Assembly: GCF_001194135.2 (NCBI RefSeq)
Contig: NC_068983.1
Coordinates: forward strand, 149,390,828-149,454,827
Source: Octopus bimaculoides
Lineage: Eukaryota
DNA: 64,000 nt
Direction: 5' to 3'
Below the pieces are notes generated by a model, which was not told the origin of the DNA, did no database searches, and worked only from the letters and a program-made list of their open reading frames with translations. Of the stretch, positions 23,761 through 37,089 are shown in pieces (position 1 is the first letter of the stretch; the number at the start of each line of letters is the position of its first letter). The position numbers were made by a program, and so were the translations under genes.

Positions 23761-24666
23761 TACCATATGTGGCTTATATTTGGCTAAATTGATGAAACAT
23801 CAACCAAAGTGTGCATTCCATACTTGTGTGTTCGTGGCCAGTGCAATTACTTCTCAACATGACTTTGTCAAACCTTTTGTGAAATAAGTACCAAGTTTGG
23901 TATCAACTTACAGACTGTAAACAGCAAGAGCTCTGTATAACTAACAAGTATTTCTTTATCTTACTGTGTGAAATTTTTGAGTGTTGGTTGGAGAGGTATG
24001 AATGAACTTTGCCTCACTGACTTGCCCTAGATACACTATACTGAATACAAAGTCTTCAAGAGCAGCCCTTATGACTCAGTGGGGCTATTAGACTCCTATT
24101 ACTTATTGTCATTTGATACAATGATTTAACAGGTATTCGCTCCTTTAAATGAGTAATTTCCATTTACAATCTTTATTTATGGAATTGGCATTGATAAAAA
24201 TAACTAAAATGAGTGCTAGCTATGATTCAGTTCTCATTGTAAGTTATCTATAATTATGACCCAATTATGTAGGTGCTTATTTTCAACAGCTTGGCTGTAA
24301 TTAATCATATTCACTCAGCAACAGTTAATTTTCATGATTTTGTTGTTTTTCTTTTCACTGGAATCTGTCATCATTTCAAAAAGATTACCACCATTGGCTT
24401 GGGACATTTCAACCTAAATATACAAGAACTGTTAATATAAATGCTGTTGTTATTTAAGATGAGGAATATGCATAAGTTTATGCAACAGTCTACTTATGGG
24501 TAAATTCCTCTTAACCTTATTTAACTTTTACTGGCTGACCATACTGTTTTTGGATTTATTTATATATCTCATTACAAATAGTTAAACAAATATGAAACTC
24601 CAAATTAATTAATGTTTCAAATAAGAGTTGCTTAACACTTGAAATGTTGTTCTTCAGTTCTAGAGA

Positions 24667-24765
24667 ATGTCAGATTTCATTGGTCCCATCACATTTGTTG
24701 CTGCATATATTATCTTCATTGCTTTTGTTACTTCCATTATTGTCATTGTCATTTTATATACCTAA
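24667..24765 (+). CDS. Candidate 32-aa single-pass membrane micropeptide, MSDFIGPITFVAAYIIFIAFVTSIIVIVILYT
   Basis: gttgttcttcAG acceptor at 24656-24657, ATG nine bases later, uninterrupted hydrophobic helix, TAA at 24763-24765. Confidence 0.25.
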   Translation: MSDFIGPITFVAAYIIFIAFVTSIIVIVILYT

Positions 24766-25255
24766 TTTGTTTTCTTTTCTATTATTGAAAGTTTTTTTAT
24801 GTTACGGGTTCTTCATATTTTTCAAATCAAGTGACATTTGCTCTAAGAATATTATTTTCTGAGATTAACATTGCCTTACTGAGTTTGTGTGTCACAACCA
24901 AACACTTGGTTGCTTCATTCTTCTGTGTTAAAGAACAGTATTCAGTGAGCTGACTGAGACAAAACTGGAATAACGCTGTGGTCCTGTGTTAGTTACCATT
25001 AACAAACTGTGGCACATCGAAGTGAGATGGTCAAATGGATTAGGTATTGGATTACCAGTTCATTTTGTTTTGTTGCTGGGTAGATTTTATTTTTGTCAGT
25101 TTACTTACATATCAGAAATAAGTACCAGATTTTTTAATAAAAGATCAATATCACTAATCACATATTTATACATACTTAAGATAATATAAGTTGAAGTAAT
25201 TGACTAATTATTGCACCAGTAGATTGAATAAATAAATATTCTTGCCGGTAGTATG

Positions 25256-25568
25256 TGGAAAACACCATTCGAGCGAGGGTGTTGCCAGTGCCGCTGGACT
25301 GGCTCCTGTGCAGGTGACACGTAAAAACACCATTTGAGCATGGCCGTTGCCAGTACTGCCTGACTGGCCCTCGTGCCGGTGGCATGTAAAAGCACCCACT
25401 ACACTCTCGGAGTGGTTGACGTTAGGAAGGGCATCCAGCTGTAGAAACTCTGCCAGATCAGATTGGAGCCTGGTGCAGCCATCTGGCTCACCAGTCCCAG
25501 TCAAACCGTCAAACCCATGCCAGCATGGAAAGCAGACATTAAACGATGATGATGATGATGATGATGAT
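25256..25568 (+). mobile_element. RTE-tailed element (CCATGCCAGCATGG subfamily)
   Basis: Two internal modules, GGTTGACGTTAGGAAGGGCATCC, (GAT)n tail. Confidence 0.9.
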
Positions 25569-26028
25569 AACTTCTGATATACTGTTAAATGTTGTTCTAG
25601 TTATCATTTACCATTAGCTCAGCTCCGATTGAGAAAAGCTTGGACCAAAGGTATTCTAGCTGTGACTATCTTTTAACATATTAAAATGTCACTGATGAAT
25701 GTCTTTTTCTTTTTTAAGACATTAGGGTATGGTATGAAAAAATCTACTGCTGTTTCTACCAAGTTGGGCAGCCATTTAGTGATTCCCTCATTGGTTTGTA
25801 ATTTTAGTGATTGATCAGATGCCAGTGGCATGGAAGTAGCTCATAAAACCTTTGAAAACAATCCAAAACTCACCACATTGGCTTTACTACTCTTCTGTCT
25901 CATCTGGGCTTATGTTGTCCACACTGTTTCATTAGATGATATGAATTGTTAGCAGTTAATGTTATACAGTGTGGTCAGTAAACACTAGTGCTCCATTGAT
26001 ACTTGCATAGTTGTATTATAGGTGTACT

Positions 26029-26089
26029 CTATAGAGGGTGTGCTCTGGTAGTGATGTTACAATCAGTACCAGAGCACACCTTTTGATAG
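26029..26089 (+). ncRNA. Pre-miRNA-sized hairpin (or a collapsed MITE relic)
   Basis: GGTGTGCTCTGGTA (26037-26050) pairs perfectly with TACCAGAGCACACC (26067-26080); extra TGAT/ATCA and outer stem; 6-nt loop. Confidence 0.3.
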
Positions 26090-26718
26090 AAATTCCAAAT
26101 TGTTTCTTAAGTTTTCTGTAAACTAAATTTACAATAACATTCCATTTTGTTTTTATCATGTAGTTTATTGGGTTTATCTTTTAGAGATAAACTTAAATGC
26201 AGAAACCTTTTCTGACACAATAAAGGAAGTCTCTAAGCTGTTAATCAACCCACTGGAGGTAGCAGCTAAATCTTTGAGATACCGGATACTGCTGTCTTAA
26301 AAGAAAAGTACTTATTGTATAATTTAATCTTGGATATAGAAAAAAAATCCTGGATGGTTATATTTGGGACATCTTTGATCATAGGTCTGCTTGATTAAAG
26401 CCAACCTGAAGCTAAATAAACAACTAGCCTTTTCTTTATGGTTGCAGACATTATTTGCCTTTTAATAGAGTTGAATGACAAGAAGGATTTGTTTAGCTAT
26501 ATATGACTAATGTTACTTATATCCTGAAGTCTTTGTTTTAAGTACATTCACAGGGTTCGAATGTCAAAACATTTTATTTATTTTACAAATATGCTTCCAA
26601 ACCTTCATAACTGATATTTTTTAAGAGGGGAAAAAAAACTTAAATAAATACTGAGATTGGAATGATTTACACATACTGAAATATTGCAATGAAAAGTAAT
26701 ATTAAAATAAAAAAATTA

Positions 26719-28510
26719 CCATCATCTAATGTCCGCTTTCCATGCTGGCATGGGTTAGACGGTTTAACTGGAACTAGTAAGCCAGAGAGCTGCACCAGGT
26801 TTCAATCTGATTTGGCATGGTTTCTACAACCGGATGCCCTTACTAACGCCAGCCACTATAAGAGTGTAATAGGTGCTTTTTACATGCCATTGGCATGACA
26901 CTGACAATGGCCATAACTACGATTCCACTTGGCCTGATGAGTCTTCTCAAGCACAGCATATCACCAAAGGTCTTCGTCACTTGTTATCGCCTCTGTGAGG
27001 CTCAGCATTCAAAGGTTGTGCTTCACCACCTCGCCACTGTGAGGCCCAACATTCAAAGATCATACTACAGACAACAGCCATAATTATGATTTCACGGGTG
27101 CCATTTACATGACAATGGCCAAAATTACGATTTCACAGATGCCATTTACATGACACCAGCAATGGCCATGAATACTATTTCACTTGGCTTGATGAGTCTT
27201 CTCAAGCACAGCATATTGCCAGTGGTCTTGGTCACTTGTCGCTGCCTCCATGAGGCCCAACATTCAAAGATTATGCTTCACCACCTCGTCCCATGTCTCT
27301 TTATGCAGCTGTCCTCATCCATATGTGTCACATGACCATACCAGCACATTCGTCTCTCTTGCACATCACATCTGATGCCTCTTGTGCCCAGTTTTCAAAA
27401 CACAAGACACTTACACTCTGTCACACATGCACACTGTCATGGCAATCCAGCGAAGCATTCTGGCTTCATTTCTTTCAAGCCTTTGCATGTCCTCTGTGGT
27501 CACAGCCCACATTGCACTGCCATGGAACGTGGATGCTGTGTTCGCACAGTCATCATACAGTCTGCTTTTCATTCTAAGAGAGAGGCTGTTTGTTATCAAC
27601 AGAGGTAGAATCTCTCTGAACTTTGCTCAGTCTATTCTTATTCTAGCAGCTACACTCTCAGAGCATTCACCTCCACTGCTAACTTGTTCACCTAGATAAT
27701 AGAAGCTATCAATTATTTCTAGGTATCCCCCTGGCATTTGATGGAGTCTATTTTCTGTACATTTCTAGTGTTTATTGTACCTGTACACAAAGAGTATTTT
27801 CCTTGTTAACCTTCCTCTGATATTGCTGCACCTCTTATGTGCCCATTGCTTGCACCAGATACACTTTATGGAGTTTGTACCTACACCTTTTCTACATATT
27901 GAGTAGGGCCATCTACCTGAAGGGATTTGTGATTTGTCTTATTCACTAAGACTTTAGTTTTTGCTAAATTAATTCTAAGGCCCTTTCATTCTAGCTAGAC
28001 CTTGCTTCCACACCTGAAATTTTGTCTCCAGTTCTGATGATGATTCAGTTTTAAGAACAAGGTCATCAGGATAGAGGAGCTCCCAGGCGCAGTTTGACTT
28101 AAATTCCTGTCTGAGGACTGCTCCTTGATGTACCCCTACTTGTCCCCTGAGGGGTCTGAGGACTTATCCTTAGTGTACCCCTACTTATACCCTGAATTCA
28201 TTGCTATGCTCGTTGCCAACCCTCACTTTAATGACAGCATCCCTGTACATGGCTTGTACAGCTTTCACCAACCACTCTTTTATCCCTAGTTTCCACATTG
28301 ACCACTAGATAAGAGAGCAGGGAAACCTGTCAAAGGCTTTCTCTATGTCAACAAAAGTCAAATACAGAGGTTTATTTTTGGCTAGGTACTTACTCAGACA
28401 CACCGTATCTACATTACATGTATCCCTAATTTTTTTCAAGATGGTAGAGTATAATACAAGGGAAGCTCTCTGGTATATCTTGTCAAGTCTACTTTTTGCA
28501 ATCTGTGTCA
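26719..28510 (-). mobile_element. Degraded RTE LINE, 3' portion with duplicated ORF2/UTR junction
   Basis: YLAKNKPLYLTFVDIEKAFDR and AMWAVTTEDMQRLERNEARMLRW; duplicated block at about 26895-27035 and 27150-27290; tail at 26719. Confidence 0.85.
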
Positions 28511-28980
28511 CTGAAGCAACCAATTTAAATAGATGTTTTTAGTGATAACCATTGTTTTTGTATTGTGAAGTAGGCTGTCCTGAAAGTTTGGATTTAAAAC
28601 ATGTGGTCAGATGGAGATTTGAACAGAATCAAGTTGCCAGGAGGCTGTAAATTCCCTTGCTGGATTATTTTTTATTCTTTTGCTAACATCATTTAACACT
28701 ACAAAAATAGAATGCTTGCAGTTTTGTAGAAATTTAACTGATATGATAAATTTTTGTGTAATGTTTAAAGATTTTACTCCCCTTTTCCTGCGCAAATTGT
28801 ATTGCTAGACAATCTATTGAAATATTATTTTTACCCAATGTATAAATACTATTGTTACAATATTTTCATCCATTTTAAGGATATTTGAATACAATTGGTG
28901 GAGATTTGATTGGATGAGTGATTATATAGAAGTTCATTTATAAATAAAGAGACAAAATGGACAAAATGTATGTAGGAAAA

Positions 28981-29078
28981 GGAGCCTGGTGTTGCCATCC
29001 GGTTTCACCAGTCCTCAGTCAAATCGTCCAACCCATGCTAGCATGGAAAGTGGACGTTAAACGATGATGATGATGATG
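28981..29078 (+). mobile_element. 5'-truncated young RTE tail with 7-nt TSD
   Basis: GAAAAGG at 28976-28982 and 29078-29084. Confidence 0.9.
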
Positions 29079-29279
29079 AAAAGGCAAGAAGATTGGGTTG
29101 ATGACTAACAGGCTGTATATCAATAAATCCTGTTTCAAATGGACTTTGAAGTCAGTGGTTGTGGTGGCAGTTTAAATTGAATGAATACAATAAGTAGGCC
29201 TGAAGTGTACAAGCAATATACTGTTGTCATGGTTACATAACTAACTACCTGTGTCATACATTTGCAGAAATTAAATTCC

Positions 29280-29501
29280 TTTCTCTCGCTCTTACTTCCT
29301 GTTTCTGTTGTGCCTGTAATTCAAAGGGTCAGCCTCGTCAAACTGTGTCACGCTGAATATGCCCGAGAACTACGTTAAGGGTACACGTGTCTGTGGAGTG
29401 CTTAGCCACTTGCATGTTAATTTCACGAGCAGGCTGTTCCGTTGATCAGATCGACTGGAACTCTCGATGTCATAAGCAATGGAGTGCAAACAACAACAAC
29501 A
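29280..29501 (+). mobile_element. 5'-truncated tRNA SINE, same family as 56356-56747, (AAC)n tail
   Basis: High similarity to the reverse complement of 56356-56575. Confidence 0.88.
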
Positions 29502-29704
29502 AGTTCATAACATTAAGAAAATGAGAGACATGAGGAAAATTTGGTGTCAATTTTATGCATTTAGGTAAACTGATTGCCCAATATCTTGTCTATTTAGTTA
29601 TTTCATTTCTACATACTTGGAGTATATAATTAAACTTTTTCATAGCCCCTTAAATACATTAAAATTTTTCTCATTGGCTCACTTAGCTAGCATGAAATTT
29701 ATTG

Positions 29705-30020
29705 TCTTCATCAGCATCATTTAACATCCACTTTCCATGCTGGTATGGGTTGGATGGTTTGACTGGAACTGGTAAGCCAAGGAGCTGCACCAGCTTCAGT
29801 CTGATTTTGTATGGTTTCTATGACTGGATGCCCTCCCTAACACCAACCACTCCAAGAGTGCAATGGGTGCTTTTACGTGCTACCAGCATAACACCAGCAA
29901 TGGCCACAACTACAATTTCACTTGGTTTGACAAGTTTTCTCAGCACAGCATCACCAAAGACCTCAGTCACTTGTCCATCGCCTCCGTGAGGCCCAACATG
30001 CAAAAGATCATACTACTGCC
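29705..30020 (-). mobile_element. Older RTE 3' end
   Basis: CATTTAACATCC..CCATGCTGGTATGGG..GGATGCCCTCCCTAACACCAACC, then the ORF2 terminus. Confidence 0.8.
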
Positions 30021-30232
30021 ATTAGTAATCTTCCGCTATTGTTTCACCCACTAAAGTCATTACCTATAGTCTATTGACCTGTCGAAACATCAATGAACAA
30101 TCCATGTTTATGCTGTGATCCACAAGACAATTACAATATAACAGCACTATAAGTTGGTGAAACACCATTTATTCAATACTAGTAGAGATACCCAGCATTG
30201 CTTGGGATTAAAATGGCATAGTTTGTTATTGT

Positions 30233-30995
30233 TTTACATGTTTCAGTTATGTGACTGTAGCCATGCTGCAGCACTGTCTTTAGTCGAACAAATCGACCCC
30301 AGGATTTATTCTTTGTAAGCCTAGTACTTGTTCTATCAGTGTATTTTGCCGAACTGCTAAATTATGGGGATGTAAACACAGCAACATTGGTTGTCAAATG
30401 ATGGTGGGGTATGAACACAGGCACACACAAAAATATATACACATATTCACGAAATCCACTCACAAGGCTTCAGTTGGACTGTAGCTGTAGTATATCTAAT
30501 ATATATACATACATACATATATATGTGTGTGTGTGTGTATATATGTGTATGTATATGTGTTTGTGTGTGTGTATATATATGTATGTGTGTATGTATATGT
30601 GTATATGTGTGTGTGTATGTGTATATGTATGTATATATATATATATATATATATATANNNNNNNNNNNNNNNNNNNNNNNNNNNNNTATATATCTGTGTA
30701 TGTATATATATGTGTGTGTATATATGTATGTATATATATGTGTGTGTATATATGTATATATATATATGTTTGCATATATATGTGTGTGTGTGTGTATATA
30801 TATGCTCATTTACAATCATCACATGATATCCAGACAAGATACACACAGACACATATACGACAGGCTACTTTCGGTTTCCATCTAACAAATCCACTCACAA
30901 GGCTTGAGACCCTAGTAGAAGACACTTGCCCAAGGTGTTAAACAGTAGGACTGAACCCAAAACCAAGCTTCTTAACTACATAGCCATACCTGAAC
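30233..30995 (-). mobile_element. CORE-like SINE with expanded internal TA/TG compound microsatellite
   Basis: Tail at 30233-30410, microsatellite about 30495-30805, CORE-like segment and head at 30850-30995. Confidence 0.85.
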
Positions 30996-32085
30996 CTATT
31001 CTGGATTTATATTGTTGATCTAGTTTCTTAAAAGGCAATAAGGGACGATATCAGTGTTCTGTGGATTATAACCAACTTGTTAATAAGAGCTAAGATTGAG
31101 AGCTTCTATGTGGTCACTCCACCTGTTATAGCAGCCAAATCTTTCTCAGAATCAAATCCTATCATCTTAATAAATGAAGAACACATTAGATCATATAGTC
31201 TTGGCTACATTATGCCTGAATATAAAAATGGGTGGGTCAGAGCTTGAATGCTCTGCTTGATCAGTGTTGATGTGAGACTGAACAATAACAGATTGTCAAC
31301 TTGTTGAACAAGATTCTATGAGAAGAATAGCTTAAGGTACTGGAACTTGTAGAGACCACTCTGACATATTGACATAGATACATTATGCTAGTTTCTGTAA
31401 TACTCCAGTTAGAAATGCACTGAACCATATAAAATGTTAATTTGACATTCTATAGCTTCTCTTTTAAAATAAGTATAGAATATGAATGTTGAAAGTGACT
31501 GAAAACTATAACAGACAATTATATACAAGCATTTTCTGGTTATAGCCAATGTTATTTTCTTTAACTTAATTATTAGTGTCATATATCTGTTAGCTGTTGG
31601 TGTACCATTGAAGACTATGTTTATGCAGTGTATCTAGGACACTAGCTCATCTGAGCCTATCCCTCTCCACGCTAACAAATTATTTATCAAGTTTATAATA
31701 CTATACTCCCCCGCAATACATATTTTATCCTATTGACTTAATTAATTACATTCACTCCAAATAATATCAATCCCTAAAAAGTATTTCCTTCTTATTTCAC
31801 TCCATTTTATATTTTCCTTATTTTATTACTTCTTCTAAGTGTTTCATCTGCTTGCTTATCTATCAGTCTTGCCAAAGAAGTCAACACACAACATGCATCC
31901 TATAATTTATTATATGATGGATATATAACATCTTATACATGATAAGCTGCGTGATACAACATTTGCAAGATACATCTTGGTTAGCCATTATTTAGCTCAC
32001 CCTAACAATTTTACCTTTATAAAACAATGAAGTCACTTAGCCTACTAGAAATAGCAACTAAATCTTCCTCAGATTACACTATACT

Positions 32086-32356
32086 CATCATCATCATCGT
32101 TTAATGTCCGCTTTCCATGCTAGCATGGGTTGGACGATCTGACTGAGGACTGGTGAAACCAGATGGCTACACCAGGCTCCAATCTGATTTGGCAGAGTTT
32201 CTACAGCTGGATGGCCTTCCTAACGCCAACCACTCCGAGAGTGAAGTGGATGCTTTTACATGCCACTGACACGAAGGCCAGTCAAGCGCTACTGGCAACG
32301 GCCACGCTCAAAATGGTGTATTTTATGTGCCACCCACACAAGAGCCAGTCCAGAAG
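32086..32356 (-). mobile_element. Young RTE-tailed element inserted into a family D copy
   Basis: (CAT)n GTTTAATGTCCGC..CCATGCTAGCATGG; family D sequence on both sides. Confidence 0.9.
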
Positions 32357-32968
32357 CACTGTTGTTATATAGATATACAAAAGAAAAAATGTAATGCTTT
32401 TTGATCATAGATCTGCTTAGGCAGAGCCGACTTAGATTCAACAACAATAACATATCTTACTACTGGGTTTTGCAGCTGTAAAATGACATGACACTTGCTG
32501 TCGTAACTATTCCTTGATTGGAACCAATAGGGGAGCCTCTGTATGGTTGCTCTATCCTTTAGAAATAGCAGCCACATCTTCAAATCATGCCCTGCTGTAT
32601 TAAAAAAATAAGAGCACATTGGATTAATGTCCAAGATACACTACACAATAGCAGACATGATGGTTAAGGGTGAAATGCCTTCATCATAGGTATGTTTGAT
32701 GAGGGTTGACCTGAAATTGGACAACCACAGTTACTGCAGTCCAATTTATCAGTATCTGCTGTTTATGTTCATACTTTCTGATAGATTTAGTCATCCTGTG
32801 TAGCATGATATGATTTTCACCACTTAGGTTTACAGTCATATAAGTCAGTTTGTGTCTTGTATGTCTACATTTGATAAACTGTGTTTGGAATAGGTGTGAT
32901 ACTTATATTTACATTTTGGCTGCACACTGATTAGAAAGCATTTTGTTTCTAATTATTTTTAATTTTAG

Positions 32969-32999
32969 GTGTTGAAGTTTTTTTATTGTCATGTTTCTG
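32969..32999 (+). other. Candidate 31-nt micro-exon
   Basis: attatttttaattttAG acceptor; CTG|GTAAAT donor at 33000. Confidence 0.35.
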
Positions 33000-33349
33000 G
33001 TAAATATTTTCTTAGATAGCAGAAATTGCAATTTTTCTGTTAAATATTAATTGATAAGTTTTCATTAGGAACCTCCACTCAAAAAATAACTGATTCGAAA
33101 ATTGAGTCAAGTACAATTATTAGAAACCAACTCAAATCAGACTGGAACCAGCATGCCAGCTTCAGTCAAACTGTCCAACCCATGCCAGCATGTAAAATGG
33201 GCATTAAAGGATCATCATCATCAAAGAAGCTAGTGATGGAAGTTTTGCAGAGCTGTACAGAATGGCACAAGACAGACATGGATGAAAGGCCACAAAGGCT
33301 CAATTATTTTAACCCTCCATCTGGAGAGAGAGAGAGAGATTGAGAAAGA

Positions 33350-33840
33350 GGCAGAGGTGAAAATGTTCCATTCATTAGTTCTTTTATCCATCCAGCTTGT
33401 TCTGAGAATGAGTCTAAAACACCATTGTTCAAATGCTTCAATTTCCCTTTTATCAATTTTCTTTATAATCCAGCATTCAGCTCCATAGGTAGCTATTCTG
33501 AACAGTAATGAATTGAGGAGTCGCTTTTTATTTGCAAGGAGATGACTTTATTCTTTCATATGTTGTTCTGTGATATCATGATATTCTTGGCTATGTTAAG
33601 TCTTCTCTTGATTCTGTCATTGTAGTCATTAGTAATAAGAGTACCAAGATACACAAATTCTTTTATATCTTCAATATTTTCATTGTTTATTTTTATGCAG
33701 TTTTGTTCATTGTTGTGCTTTTAGCTATTTTCACTACGTTCATTTTGGGGGGAGCTTAGATGAAGTCCAACTTGAGTACTTGCATCATTTCTCTATTAAC
33801 TAAGTCCTGTAGTGTTTGCATGCTTCCAGTGTTTGCATTG
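33350..33840 (-). mobile_element. RTE (BovB-like) ORF2 fragment
   Basis: KKRLLNSLLFRIATYGAECWIIKKIDKREIEAFEQWCFRLILRTSW..TNE. Confidence 0.85.
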
Positions 33841-34669
33841 TCTCCATACTTCAGACTTGTGATGACCTCGCCCTAAAATTTAAAGTCTTTGTGCCTAATC
33901 AAAAGAAACCAAATATAATTTTTAAGTAAATTATATTAAAAACTTATTATATTTGATTTTTTTTTTTTTTTAATCACCTGATAGGCTCATGAAGGTTCTC
34001 CAATCATCCAATGTAGTGCTAAGTTTATCCGATTTATTTTGAAACCCTTCATTGAGTGTCTGACAATTGCACACAACACAATGGCTTTAGAAAAACACAT
34101 ATTCATGAGATGTCTACTGCTATTAGACATAGTATTAGACAACCTGAACTGACCTACTTTACTTCCATGTGCTGTTTTTTTGTTGTTTTTTTTTTATTAT
34201 GATTCTACTAATGCTTGTCACTTCTGAAAGACAGTCAGAAAAATAACAAAAAAATAATGTTAAAATATACTCATTTACATCTTTGAATAAGGGGAAAATG
34301 AAATAGCTAACTTTGTGGCAAACCAACCTCTTATGCTACAATTATATAACCAGAAACAGATAATTAACAAAATCAAATTATAAATGTATTGAGTTACTGT
34401 TTGTGCTTTAAACCTTTATTATAATAATACATTTATGGTACTAAGAATTATCACACCCTACAAACAATGCTATAATTGTAGTATATATTAGATTGCCTGC
34501 ATTAAAACAAATTGTATAATATTCAGTAAAGTGGATGGTTTATATGTGGAGTGTACATGCCAAGAAATTTGAAAAATTTCAATTTTGCTCTTCACAAATT
34601 TCATATGCAAGATTTGTGTTTGGTTATACAATATCATGCTAATTTCTTTTAAATATTCACAGGTTTCTC

Positions 34670-35160
34670 TCCATGTCACCATTAAACCTTTATAAACCTA
34701 TAACATTCCTTTCTCTCCATCTCCCACTCTCCTTTCACAGTCTTGTGAATTTACCCACCCACTCACCCTATCCATTCCCTGGTCCATTTCACTATATACA
34801 CCTCCCCGTAACTTGGGTGTATGCCCCATCACATATTCACCATTTTATGTCTCATTTCTTTACACACTCTCTTTCTCTCTCTCTCTCTCTCTCTTCTCTC
34901 TCCAACTGCTGTATCTCCTCTACTTATCACCTGGTAATATTACTCTCCACTAAGCTGAGGGGTCTTGTCCTGCAACTTACTTGGTAACCTGCAACTTACT
35001 TGTTGGTGCCATGTAAAAAGCACCCTGTACACTCTGTAAAGTGGTTGGCATTTGGAAGGGCATCTAGCTGTAGAAATATGCCAAAGCAGACAGCAGAACT
35101 TGATGCAGTTTTCTGACTTAGCGTGGATGGAGGACATCAAATGATGGATGATGATGAATG
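34670..35160 (+). mobile_element. Older RTE-tailed element with pyrimidine-rich 5' segment
   Basis: GTAAAAAGCACCCTGTACACTCTGTAAAGTGGTTGGCATTTGGAAGGGCATC..GATGATG. Confidence 0.7.
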
Positions 35161-35346
35161 TCCTCATATATACTTCATATAGTCTATCTCAAACACAAGT
35201 GAAAGCTGACTGACTATAGAATTTCTAATGCAGACACAAGGTCACAGTCTTGTGGGAGGGATATTGTAGTTATAGTGACTTAAGCACTTATTTTATTGGC
35301 TGTTGATGGAGGAAGAGCAAAGTTGACTTCAGTAGTATTTGGACTT

Positions 35347-36020
35347 AGGCGGTACTGGCAACGGCCACGCTCAAAATGGTGTATTTTATGCGCAACTTGC
35401 ACTGGAGCCAGTCCAGCGGCACTGGCAATGATCTCGCTCGAATGTCTTTACACGTGTCACCAGCACAAGTGCCAGGAAGGCAACACTGGGCACAGGTGCC
35501 ATCACAATTTCGCTTTTGCTTGCCCCAACAGGTCTTCGCAAGCTGAGTTTCGTGTCCAATGAAGGAGACGATGTGGGCATGGGTGCCAGTCAACGAATTT
35601 AGTTCGATTTCGATGTCACTTGGTTCAACAGGTCTTCACAAGCGGAGTTTAGTTTCCAATGAAGGAAGGTACGCATAAGTGGGCTGGCTACACCGCTGGC
35701 AGAGGCCTTGGATTTAGGTCTCACTTGGCTTGCCGGGTCTTCTCACACACAGCATATTTCCAAAGGTCTCGGTTAGAAGTCATGGCCTCGGTGAGGCCCA
35801 ATGTTTGAAGGTCGTACCTCACCACCTCATCCCAGGTCTTCCTGGGCCTACCTCTTCCACAGGTTCCCTCAACTGCTAGGGTGTGGCACTTTTTCACACA
35901 GCTATCCTAATCCATTCTCGCCACATGACCATACCAGCGCAATCATCTCTCTTGCACACCACAACTGATCCTTCTTAGGTCCAACTTTTCTCTCAAGGTA
36001 CTTACGCTCTGTCGAGTGTG
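35347..36020 (-). mobile_element. Young RTE LINE fragment (ORF2 C-terminus plus long 3'UTR, tail missing)
   Basis: REKLDLRRISCGVQER..LRWYGHV..GRGRPRKTWDEVVRYDLQTLGLTEAMTS; high GC and retained CpGs. Confidence 0.9.
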
Positions 36021-36059
36021 CACATTGACATTACACGGATAGGCACATGGGTAATATGA

Positions 36060-36430
36060 ATAGACAAGCACACATACACACACATATATGCAAATGAAGA
36101 CTAAAACACATGACCATATACACACGCACTTCACTTCACACAAGGACACATATGAAGACACACATCCACACATAGAGATACACATCCACACATACAGACA
36201 CTGTACATCGTCAACAAAAACCCATACACAGATACACTCAGACATGCACACACAAGGAGACAGAGGTACACACACTCACACACATGCAAACACATAAAAA
36301 CACAAACGCATGAATATGCAGAATACATACATACACAAACACATGAATATGCAGAATACACACATACATACATACATGCATACATACATGTGTATATGCA
36401 CACACACACTGAATCACAAACATGTGCACA
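36060..36430. repeat. Degenerate ACAT/ACAC compound microsatellite
   Basis: Low-complexity CA-rich tract. Confidence 0.85.
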
Positions 36431-37030
36431 AACAAAAAGAACACAGCTTGGATAACGGAAAGAGTCAACAACTATTGAAATGGTTGCAAGACACAACGAA
36501 AATTTTAGAAAAATAAATAAGTAAATGAGTGGAAATTTTACCGGTGAGTGTGTTAATTCATAAGGCACTAAAAAAGAATGACTCTCCCCAAACAAATTAG
36601 AATTTAATATTTTTCATTAAAACTGTTCCAAGTTAACCTGATAATTAGTTATTGCTAGACACAAGTGCATTGCTTTAAAAGTCTTTTTAAAGCTTTCTGG
36701 TTAAGAAGTTTGCTTCTCCACTCAGGGGTTCCAAGTGTCATACAGCGCCCATTTTTTGGAATGAAATTTGGCAGATAAGTTGGTCAGGTTTTGTGTGTGT
36801 GTATTAGTGTAAAATGGTATTTCAAGTTGCGTCCCTTTGCATGCAACCGAAAATGCATGCCTCAGAACAGTAGAAATTTTTACTTTCAATTTGGAAAGAG
36901 TTATTCCCCATACATCATCTTTCAACATTTTTTTAGTAAACTTTTGCAAAAATCTTGCGATATTCAGTATTTTTATAAACTTTTCTCTCTCTCTCTCTCT
37001 CTCTCTCNNNNNNNNNNCTCTCACACACAC

Positions 37031-37072
<42 letters not shown>

Positions 37073-37089
37073 ACACACACTCTCTCTCA

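Noticed and set aside
23238-23792. 184-aa + strand ORF with a signal-peptide-like start
   Set aside because: Antisense to a decayed RTE reverse-transcriptase segment.
26930-26990. Hammerhead ribozyme core (CTGATGAG)
   Set aside because: No stem II or GAAA partner; other CTGATGA hits on both strands also lacked the fold.
30176-30215. Helitron/Helentron terminus-like motif (TACTAG..ACCCAGCATTGCTTGGG)
   Set aside because: Too short and degenerate, with no matching other end.
30411-30941. YI/CV/HT-repeat ORFs (also 15990, 16729, 35943-36595, 36722-37168)
   Set aside because: Microsatellite translations.
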